Shown one piece after another: positions 30,944 through 38,943 of a stretch of DNA of 49,590 bases; position 1 is the first letter of the stretch, and each line of letters starts with the position of its first letter. Source of the stretch: an uncultured bacterium. Its GTDB lineage: Bacteria > Eisenbacteria > RBG-16-71-46 > CAIMUX01 > WJJG01. The position numbers and the translations under genes are program-made. The notes beneath the pieces were generated by a model. It was given only the letters and a program-made list of their open reading frames with translations, was not told where the DNA came from and searched no databases. Where the stretch lies: NCBI GenBank assembly GCA_964388535.1, contig CAYMBA010000001.1:15602-65191 (forward strand). The letters are read 5' to 3'.

Positions 30944-32028
30944 GAAAGCCCGCAAAAATCCAGGCGCCTCGCTGGCAGTACGCGGGGGAAGGGCAGGCAG
31001 CACGGGAAGCCCTGGCCTGGTGGGGAACCCACTTGCCGGCACGGCTGGCAGCTGCAGCCACCTTAGGGTTGCTCCTGCTCCTAGGCGCCTCGGCGCGCGG
31101 GCAGACCGACCTCGGCGGGCAGCGCGTGGGGACCTCCTCGGGCGTCTTCCTCAAGATACCGCTCGATGCACGAAGCGCCTCCATGGCATCAGCCGTCTCC
31201 TCGTGTGCGGAGGGACCAGCCTCCATCTTCACGAACCCCGCAGGTCTCGGCACGGTGGAGGGTTTCTCCTGGTGCTTCTGCGCCGTCGACTACACAGCCG
31301 GCATACCCGTGGGTGCTGCCAGCGCTGCCCTGCCCCTACCATCCGCTGGCATCACCGTGGGCGCCGCCCTGGCCGGGCTGTCCACCAGCATGGAGGAAAC
31401 CGACGAGTTCCACCCGCTGGGCACGGGCCGCGAGTTCAGCTACGGGGCATGGGCCCTCTCGCTTTCGGCAGCCAAGGCAATGACCGACAAGCTGACCTTT
31501 GGGCTCACGGTCCGGGGCTACTACGAAGCCCTCGCACGCGAGATCGGGGGACCGCAGCTGTGGGGCTTCATGGTCGATACGGGAGCCCTCTACGAGATCG
31601 GCTACAGGCACGCGCGGATAGGGCTTGCGGTCAACAACTTCGGTCCCGACATCCGCCCTTCGGGCGAATACACCAGCAGGCGAAACGGATCTCGGGTCGA
31701 GTACTCGAGCTTCAGTCCCCCCGCATTCTTCCGCTTCGGTGTCAGCATGGACCCGTACAGTTCCGAGAACCTGGAAACCCTGGTTTCGGTGGAGATGGGG
31801 CACCCGGCGGACCACCGCGAGGTGCTCCGCGTGGGAGCCGAGGCTCGCTTCTCAGGCAGGATCCACCTGCGCGCAGGCTATGACTTCAGCGCCGACGAGC
31901 TCAAACTCCATGCCGGTGCAGGAATCTCGCTGCGCCTCGGAGACAAGGAAGCAAGAATCGATTACGCCTTCTCTGAAGGCGGCTACTTCGGAGACATCCA
32001 TCGGTGGTCGGTTGCCGTCGGACCATAG
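30937..32028 (+). CDS. PorV/PorQ-like (FadL-type) outer-membrane barrel
   Basis: FLKIPLDARSASM, IFTNPAGL, amphipathic strands, LRAGY, IDYAF, C-terminal HRWS. Start uncertain. Confidence 0.8.
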   Translation: MVRKPAKIQAPRWQYAGEGQAAREALAWWGTHLPARLAAAATLGLLLLLGASARGQTDLGGQRVGTSSGVFLKIPLDARSASMASAVSSCAEGPASIFTNPAGLGTVEGFSWCFCAVDYTAGIPVGAASAALPLPSAGITVGAALAGLSTSMEETDEFHPLGTGREFSYGAWALSLSAAKAMTDKLTFGLTVRGYYEALAREIGGPQLWGFMVDTGALYEIGYRHARIGLAVNNFGPDIRPSGEYTSRRNGSRVEYSSFSPPAFFRFGVSMDPYSSENLETLVSVEMGHPADHREVLRVGAEARFSGRIHLRAGYDFSADELKLHAGAGISLRLGDKEARIDYAFSEGGYFGDIHRWSVAVGP

Positions 32029-32048
32029 GATGCACCGCCACACTGGCG

Positions 32049-33032
32049 ATGATGGCGTGGCTGGCTCTGCTCGCAGCCTCCGGGTGCGGCTGGGAGAGAG
32101 ATCTACCCCCCCAGCCCGATGTCGTCATCGACATCCCCGAGCCCGGCACGTACAACCTCCGGGCAGTCTGGGATCTGGAGCAGCCCGGAGACGTCGTCAT
32201 CTCCGGTTCCTTCGTCTACGCGATCACAGGCTCCTCCCATGTCGGTGTCTACTTCGCCGACCGCTACGCACCCGAACCCCTGCCGATCGCCCGGGAGTAC
32301 GAAGGCCTGCTGGCCCCGGCCGCTCTCGCGGTGGCAAAGGCCGGTTCCACGTTCGTTGTCGTCGCCGACTCGGGTGATATGAGATGCAAGGTCTATTACT
32401 GGCTCGGAGGAGAGCCCCTCTCGAGTTTCACCGACAGCACCTGGACCCGATTCGGCGGCATCGCAGCCGACGACAGGCTGCGGATCTTCGTGGCCGACGC
32501 CGAGCGGGATACGATCGCCGCCTACGACCGTTGGGGCCACCCACTGGGACTCGTGGCCTCCAAGGGATCTGGAAGCGGCTACGTGCAATCTCCCCATGGG
32601 CTCGATTGGGCCGGTGGGGTCCTGGGTGTAGCGGATACCGGAAAGCGCTGGGTGCAGAGGCTAGATCCCGACTCCGCCAACACGCCCGTGGTCGTTGAAC
32701 CCATAGGCCCGGACGAAGACTGGTTCGACTCGCCCGTGGACGTCGCACTGGAGGATGATGCGGGTCACATCTACGTGGTGGATGCAAGCAGGCGCTTCGT
32801 GCTCAAGTTCGAGACACTGACCGGCGCCTTCGTCGATACGGTGGCCTCGCCCTCGAAGACTGCTCTCGATGTGCCGATGGTGCGGCCTCTCTACGTTTGC
32901 GCCAACGACACCCTCGTCTTCGTGAGCGAGCCGGACCTGAACAGGATACTCGTTGTTCGCCTTGCCGTGGAGACGCCGGAGAGCACATCGGTCCCCGCGC
33001 CGTTGCCCGGGGTGAAAAAGGAAGGCGAATGA
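32049..33032 (+). CDS. NHL-repeat beta-propeller lipoprotein
   Basis: Lipobox ASGC; repeated P-x-x-x-A...(I/V)(Y/F)V(A/V)D blades. Confidence 0.75.
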   Translation: MMAWLALLAASGCGWERDLPPQPDVVIDIPEPGTYNLRAVWDLEQPGDVVISGSFVYAITGSSHVGVYFADRYAPEPLPIAREYEGLLAPAALAVAKAGSTFVVVADSGDMRCKVYYWLGGEPLSSFTDSTWTRFGGIAADDRLRIFVADAERDTIAAYDRWGHPLGLVASKGSGSGYVQSPHGLDWAGGVLGVADTGKRWVQRLDPDSANTPVVVEPIGPDEDWFDSPVDVALEDDAGHIYVVDASRRFVLKFETLTGAFVDTVASPSKTALDVPMVRPLYVCANDTLVFVSEPDLNRILVVRLAVETPESTSVPAPLPGVKKEGE

Positions 33033-35092
33033 CTTCGAAACTCATCATCGCCGAGGCGCTTCTGTTCGCCCTTGCGGCCTCTGCGGCCGCGGCATACGAC
33101 CACCTGGCCCCCGAAGCCGGGCGGCCGGAGGCGCTGTCCGCGCCCGCAGCCCCCGCGCAAGCCGCGTTAGAGGAGACGGTGATCACCTACCGGGTGACCA
33201 GTGGCAACAGCGTCGGCTTCACCTTCTACAACAACGGCTTCATGGGAAACAACCTTGCCTCGAGGGATCCCTCCCTGGAGTACCCAGTCGGAAGCGGCCA
33301 GGAGCATCTGGTCCGAGCTGGACTGTGGATCGGGGGCCTCGTCAGCGAGACGTTCCAGATAACCGAGGCCGAAACGCTCACCACTACCGCCACCCTCGAC
33401 GGCTACTACGGCGGTACGAATCTGGAGACCGAAAGCGAGTTCTACCCGGCTTCCTCAGAGATCCTCGAGCGATCGATCCTCATAAGCAGCCCCTACTACG
33501 ATCCGGTCAACGCAATCTCCGAGCAGGATCTCATCTGCACTTATACGGACGCTCACAGCCACGGTACTTCCATGCACAAGCCACTCTATGTGAAAGTGAT
33601 ACAGGAAATCCTACAGTTCAGTTACGAGCCCTTCGATGCGACAATCTTCATGAACTTCTACATAGTCAACGAGCACGACTCGCGCGCGATCTTCGATCTC
33701 TATGTGGGCCTCTACGCGGAGATGGCATCGGGGTGGAAGGACGGCCACGAGGAGTGGCCCCCCCGCGGATGGTTCGAGAAGAAGGATATCGCCTACTACG
33801 AGGCCGACACCCTGCAGCTCGTCACGGAGCACCACTTCCGCTTAGACGACGGCAACTGCCCCTCCTGGGCAGGCTACTGCCTGCTTGGGACCAAGCCCAT
33901 ACCGGCCGAGGAGAAGACCGTATCGTTCAACTGGTGGAACTGGGATCCCGGCGGCTACGAGCCCGAAACCCCGTCGAACGACCGGGAACGCTACGAAACC
34001 CTCGCCAACGGCTGGATTGACAACACGGCCGGCTGCGAAGCCCCCAACAACGATCCGGTCACCCTGCTGTCGGTAGGCCCACTGGGGACGGCCTCCTTCA
34101 TCGCCGAGGACGGAAAGGAACACTGGCTGCTCGAGGCCGGGGACACGGTCGCCGTCTCTTTTGCCTTCGTCTGCGGGACGCCGAGCCTGCAGGCCGATCC
34201 GCCGCGGGATGCCGAGGAAGACATCCTGTACAACGCAGCATGGGCTAGGATGGCGTACGACATGGACTTCAGCATCCCCATGCCGCCTCCTTCGCCGAGG
34301 CTGCATATCGAGCCATCGCATAGAGCCATAACGCTCTGGTGGGACGCCTCGCCGTTGCACTTCATCGACCCTAGAAGCCACGAAGAGGACTTCGAAGGGT
34401 TCCGGGTGTACCTGAGTGAGAGAGGCAAAGCCGAAGGGTTCGAACTGGTCGGTGAGTTCGATGTCCGCGACGGGCTCTTCTTCGACGTGGGCCTCGACGA
34501 GATCGAAGCGGAGGAACCCCTGGTCGTCGCCACCGACTCGGATACTACTGAGTATCCCTTCAGGTTCACGATCGACGGGCTCAAGGACGGTTTCAAGTAC
34601 TGGGTCTCGGTCACGAGCTTCGATCAGGGTTCAGCCGATGTGAAGTCACTCGAATCCGGTCTGGCACAGAACCGATCGTTTGTGATTCCGGGGGCCAGGC
34701 GGGAAGAGTGTCCGGGCAACCGGGTCCTGGTCTTCCCCAATCCCTACCGCGGGGACGCCGTCTGGGATGAAGAGCTGCTCAGGGACCGCTACATCTGGTT
34801 CGTGGGGCTTCCCAGGCGGTGCAAGATAAGGATCTACAACCTGGCGGGCGATCTCGTCCACACGATCGACTTCGACGCCAGCTCCTACGGAGCGACCGAC
34901 GTCCGCGGCATCTACGACCCGGACGATCCCCGGCGGCCGGCTGCCGACATACCGGTCCTGCCGGGCAGCATGGCCGCCTGGGACATGACGACGAGAAAGG
35001 ACCAGGCCATAGCCTCAGGGCTCTATATCTTCAGCGTGGAGGACCTGGAGACGGGTCGGGTCGAACGGGGGAAGTTCCTGATACTGAAATGA
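33029..35092 (+). CDS. Secreted protein with FnIII-like region and T9SS/FlgD-like C-terminal domain
   Basis: Signal peptide, PPPSPRL...WWD...DFEGFRVY...YWVSVTSFD, VFPNPY, IRIYNLAGDLV, WD, IASGLYIF, terminal KFLILK. Confidence 0.75.
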   Translation: MTSKLIIAEALLFALAASAAAAYDHLAPEAGRPEALSAPAAPAQAALEETVITYRVTSGNSVGFTFYNNGFMGNNLASRDPSLEYPVGSGQEHLVRAGLWIGGLVSETFQITEAETLTTTATLDGYYGGTNLETESEFYPASSEILERSILISSPYYDPVNAISEQDLICTYTDAHSHGTSMHKPLYVKVIQEILQFSYEPFDATIFMNFYIVNEHDSRAIFDLYVGLYAEMASGWKDGHEEWPPRGWFEKKDIAYYEADTLQLVTEHHFRLDDGNCPSWAGYCLLGTKPIPAEEKTVSFNWWNWDPGGYEPETPSNDRERYETLANGWIDNTAGCEAPNNDPVTLLSVGPLGTASFIAEDGKEHWLLEAGDTVAVSFAFVCGTPSLQADPPRDAEEDILYNAAWARMAYDMDFSIPMPPPSPRLHIEPSHRAITLWWDASPLHFIDPRSHEEDFEGFRVYLSERGKAEGFELVGEFDVRDGLFFDVGLDEIEAEEPLVVATDSDTTEYPFRFTIDGLKDGFKYWVSVTSFDQGSADVKSLESGLAQNRSFVIPGARREECPGNRVLVFPNPYRGDAVWDEELLRDRYIWFVGLPRRCKIRIYNLAGDLVHTIDFDASSYGATDVRGIYDPDDPRRPAADIPVLPGSMAAWDMTTRKDQAIASGLYIFSVEDLETGRVERGKFLILK

Positions 35093-36654
35093 CGGGAGAT
35101 GGCAAACCGATGATCGGCCGGTGCAAAGAAGGTGCCCCTGTGCGCTCGGGCCCTGAGACCGCGCTCCGGTGTGCCGGGAACGGGTGGCGATCCTACGCCC
35201 TCTCCGCGCTGCTGGCGTTGCTCGTGCTTGCCGGCTGCAGCATCGAGCGCCTGCCGGCACCGGCCAACTCGCCGCCCGATACGCGCCTCGCCGTCCAATC
35301 CGACAGCCTGAGAGAGCAGAACTATCACATCATCCTTTCCTGGTGGGGCACGGACACAGACGGCGAACTGGCCGGGTTCGTATACAGATGGAGCGACCCC
35401 TGGGAACCCGCGGAGACCGACAGCGTCTGGGACGGTGCGCCCGGATGGGTCTTCACGAAGGCCACCAGGGACACCTTCGATTTCCCTGTGGGCGGAGTGA
35501 GGACGGAGGCGGTCTTCGAGGTGGCCGCGGTCGACGACGGCGGGCTCATCGACCCCACCCCGGCGTCACAGCGCTTCGTCCTGACCGACAGCCTGCCCAC
35601 CGTCCGCTGGGTCCTCACCCCGACGGTGAGCCTCGCCGCCGTAGCGTTCGCCTGGACGGCGGAGGACGCGGACGGGCGGGAGACCATAGCCAGAGCCGTG
35701 CTGTGGCTCGATACGCAAGAGGGTGAAGACCCGGCGGCCTCGAGGATCGAGGTTACCGGCGATACGATCGCTGTCTTCCTGCCACAGCACTTCCAGGGCC
35801 GATACGGACGGCGTACGGCATACATACAGGTCTTCGATGCCGCCGAAGCGCCCTCGAACATAGACTCATGCTCATGGACCGTGGAAGCGCCCGCAGGCGA
35901 GTACCTCCTCATCGACAATGCCTGGCCCGACAACGGCCCTGCTCGAAGCGATGATGAGTTCTGGCGCGAGAGGATGAGCGCTGTGGTTGGTGACAGCGCC
36001 TTTCACATATACGACGTCAGCCGGGAAGGACCGTTCCGGGTGCGCGAGGAGGTCGAGCACGTGCTGGGGCTGTTCAAGGGCGTTGTCTGGTACGGCACGA
36101 CTTGCTACTCGGGCAGTGCGCCTGCGGATCAAGCAATGCGTGAAGGCCTCGAGGTAGCAGAGGAAGGTATCTACGACTATGTGCTTTCAGGAGGAGGCAT
36201 CCTCATCACGGGCCACAACCTGATCGGGACCGAAGGAGGCCTGAGCCAGACCTTCTGGAACGAGCGCTTCGGGATCGATCACGTCTACCTGGCCTGCATC
36301 CAGGATGAATGGACGAGCAACGTCACCCTTCCCAGGCGTGCAATCCTGCGGTGCGGGCCACAGACCGGCGGGGTAGATTCCCTGAAAACGAAGGTCCCGG
36401 TCGCCAATACGGACTATTTCCGCCCCTCCGATCGCATAGACCCCCTTTTCTGGGTGGAACCAGGAACGGTGGACACTACCCTCTTCCCCGAGCACGCGAC
36501 CGAGCCATTCTACGTAGGTGCCACGGCGGAGAGGGGAGCAGGGAGGATGGCGCTGATCACAACTCGCGTTACGAGGCTCCAGGAGGGCGGTCAGGGCACA
36601 GGGACGCCTGAGGAGGCGCTTGAGAACGTGCTACGGTATCTCTTCCGCCTCTAG
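35089..36654 (+). CDS. Lipoprotein with Ig-like repeats and a C-terminal alpha/beta domain
   Basis: Lipobox LAGC, N-x-PPDT, W-x-G-x-D-x-DG, AVDDGGLIDPTPA. ATGA overlap; exact start uncertain. Confidence 0.7.
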   Translation: MTGDGKPMIGRCKEGAPVRSGPETALRCAGNGWRSYALSALLALLVLAGCSIERLPAPANSPPDTRLAVQSDSLREQNYHIILSWWGTDTDGELAGFVYRWSDPWEPAETDSVWDGAPGWVFTKATRDTFDFPVGGVRTEAVFEVAAVDDGGLIDPTPASQRFVLTDSLPTVRWVLTPTVSLAAVAFAWTAEDADGRETIARAVLWLDTQEGEDPAASRIEVTGDTIAVFLPQHFQGRYGRRTAYIQVFDAAEAPSNIDSCSWTVEAPAGEYLLIDNAWPDNGPARSDDEFWRERMSAVVGDSAFHIYDVSREGPFRVREEVEHVLGLFKGVVWYGTTCYSGSAPADQAMREGLEVAEEGIYDYVLSGGGILITGHNLIGTEGGLSQTFWNERFGIDHVYLACIQDEWTSNVTLPRRAILRCGPQTGGVDSLKTKVPVANTDYFRPSDRIDPLFWVEPGTVDTTLFPEHATEPFYVGATAERGAGRMALITTRVTRLQEGGQGTGTPEEALENVLRYLFRL

Positions 36655-36756
36655 CCTGCTGGAAGCAGGGCAAGGGGCACGCCCCCGAGCGCGCGGAACT
36701 ACTGGAGACTCAATCGATTGCGACTGCAGGTATGGGCCATGCAAGGGCTGCTTTCG

Positions 36757-36785
36757 TTGACCTCGGCCCGGAGGAGGGTTATACT
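36757..36785 (+). promoter_or_regulatory. Putative strong sigma70 promoter
   Basis: TTGACC, 17-nt spacer, TATACT, about 85 nt upstream of the ATG at 36869. Confidence 0.7.
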
Positions 36786-36868
36786 GAATTGGTTCCGGGT
36801 GCGGCTGATGTCGGCATTCTGGCCGGCATCGGAAGGGTTCTCCACGTGTCGAAGGAAAGGGCAACGTC

Positions 36869-38845
36869 ATGAAGGCGCGTCTTTTGGTTCTTATCGGTCT
36901 TCTGTCGCTCGCAGCAGCCACTGCTTCGGCAGAAGTCACCACTATCTTCGACATCCAGCTGGGTAGCTTCAATGAAGGCGATGAGGTAACCGTCCAGAAC
37001 GTGGTTGTCACCGCAAGCGGGCGTTTCGGGTTCTTCATCCAGGAGATAGAGCCTCATCCCACCTGGCAGAGGATGTACTCGGGAATCTGGGTTTTCACGA
37101 ACGGGTCCCACCTGGGTCAGATCCACAGGGGTGACGTCGTCGACGTGACGGGTATCTATGAGGAGTACTACGACTTCTCGGAGATCGATGTCTATCACTC
37201 CCCCTGCGGTGAGGATGTTGAGTGCGGGTTCGAGATCGTAGGCAGCGCCGAGGTGCCCGATCCCGTGCCGATGCTCATCAGCGAGGTCAACGACACCGGC
37301 GAATACAACGAGGCCTACGAGTCGGTGCTGATCCGCGTTGACCGCGAGGACAGCACCCTGTATGCCGGCGAGCCCAATCAGTACGACGAGTGGTACATCT
37401 ACACAGACGGCGTGGGCGCAGGAGATGCCCTCCTGGTCGACAGCTACTCCGCCGATCCCGAGGGAGACTTCGACTACCCGCTTCCATCGGAAGGCGACGA
37501 GTTCAGCTTCCTGGCCGGCATCCTCGTGTACAACTACGGCAGCTACAAGCTGGCCCCACGCAACTGCGTCGACGACATGGGAACCACGTGTCCTCCCGAG
37601 TTGCGGGGCATGTGGGCGTACGACAACACCAGGATCGATGTTCTCTTCGCTGTCCCGGTCGACGAGGCGAGCGCTGAGAATACGGACAACTACTACTTCG
37701 AGTCGGGTCTCGAGGTGCTCGCAGCGGAGCGGGATGAAAGCAATCACAGGATTGTGCACCTCACGACCGAAGAACAGACACCGGGGTACATCGATATAGG
37801 CTACGTCGAGGGCGTCCTCTCCGAAGACGATCTCGTGGAAATGCCGCCTGGCCAGTTCAGCTTCACCCAGGGCATAACACCCATCTACGACATCCAGCAC
37901 GTGGACGACCCGGTCCAGGACGACTCGCCGTATCTGGATGCGGTCGTTACGATCACAGGAAGGGTCACTTGTGTCGACGGCAACTACTACTTCCTGCAGG
38001 AAGGCGATGCTGGTCCGTACAAGCACATCTATGGACGGGTGGCGCGCACGGGTGATCTGGCGATTGGAGACAGTGTGAAGATCGCCGGCAAGGTGAGGGA
38101 GTACTACGGCGCGACATACGTCGGCTTCACACCGGGCGTGGTCCTCTATGAGAACCTCGGCCCTGCCACGGACCCCGTGATCGTGACCGACGTCTCGGCG
38201 AGCGAAATCCTCTATGACGCCGACGCCGGGGACGACAATCCCCCGGACGACAACGCGCCCGAGCCCTGGGAGGATGCTCTCATCCGGCTGAACGCGGAAG
38301 CCGTCATAGACAGCGTCGAAGGTGAGGCCGAGCTCTACGGGGAGTGGTGGCTGCTGGTCGATCCGGACACCTGCCGCGTAGACCTCAAGCACAGATTGAA
38401 CGAGGGCGGTGAAAACATCAGCTACGATCCCACACCGGGCGACACCCTCATGGTGAGCGGCATCCTCCGGTATGAATACGGGATCTACAAGATCGTGCCT
38501 CGCTTCGATGACGACATCGTGGTCCTCTCGCAGAGCGGTGTGGAAGAGACTGCCGACGGGCTGCACCTGAGGCTGTGGCAGACCGGGTCGAACCCATTCG
38601 GCTCGGCCACGACGGTCGCCTTCACCCTGAGTGAGCCGGCTGCAAGAGTGAGCCTCGGTATCTATGACGTGACGGGCAAGAAGGTGGCAACTCTCTTCGA
38701 GCGCAGCGGCGTTGCTGCCGGGACCTACATGGCGAACTGGAACGGCCGCGATGGATCAGGCGCAGCACTTGCCTCCGGCGTCTACTACTGCCGCCTGGAG
38801 GCGGACGGCAAGACCGCTACGAAGGAGATGATACTCGTCAAATAG
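36869..38845 (+). CDS. Secreted acidic protein: two OB-fold modules, Ig-like linker and T9SS/FlgD-like C-terminal domain
   Basis: Signal peptide; repeated I(F/Y)DIQ...F(I/L)QE...GD-x-V-x-(V/I)-x-G...EYY...(Y/W)E...IR...GIL-x-Y-x-YG-x-YK-x-x-PR; C-terminal NPF...IYDVTGKKV...WNG...ASGVYY...KEMILVK. Confidence 0.8.
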   Translation: MKARLLVLIGLLSLAAATASAEVTTIFDIQLGSFNEGDEVTVQNVVVTASGRFGFFIQEIEPHPTWQRMYSGIWVFTNGSHLGQIHRGDVVDVTGIYEEYYDFSEIDVYHSPCGEDVECGFEIVGSAEVPDPVPMLISEVNDTGEYNEAYESVLIRVDREDSTLYAGEPNQYDEWYIYTDGVGAGDALLVDSYSADPEGDFDYPLPSEGDEFSFLAGILVYNYGSYKLAPRNCVDDMGTTCPPELRGMWAYDNTRIDVLFAVPVDEASAENTDNYYFESGLEVLAAERDESNHRIVHLTTEEQTPGYIDIGYVEGVLSEDDLVEMPPGQFSFTQGITPIYDIQHVDDPVQDDSPYLDAVVTITGRVTCVDGNYYFLQEGDAGPYKHIYGRVARTGDLAIGDSVKIAGKVREYYGATYVGFTPGVVLYENLGPATDPVIVTDVSASEILYDADAGDDNPPDDNAPEPWEDALIRLNAEAVIDSVEGEAELYGEWWLLVDPDTCRVDLKHRLNEGGENISYDPTPGDTLMVSGILRYEYGIYKIVPRFDDDIVVLSQSGVEETADGLHLRLWQTGSNPFGSATTVAFTLSEPAARVSLGIYDVTGKKVATLFERSGVAAGTYMANWNGRDGSGAALASGVYYCRLEADGKTATKEMILVK

Positions 38846-38896
38846 GCTTCTCAGACGGCCGGTAGTACGGAGCGGCCGTCACGAAGACGATTGCAC

Positions 38897-38932
38897 AGAG
38901 AGGCGGGATCGCGCACACGATCCCGCCTCTCT
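38897..38932. terminator. Perfect 15-bp inverted repeat, probable bidirectional terminator
   Basis: AGAGAGGCGGGATCG-cgcaca-CGATCCCGCCTCTCT between convergent genes. Confidence 0.8.
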
Positions 38933-38943
38933 TGCGCTTGGGA

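Noticed and set aside
36779-38566. 595-aa minus-strand ORF
   Set aside because: Antisense shadow of the OB-fold gene; no motifs; expected from GC-rich codon bias
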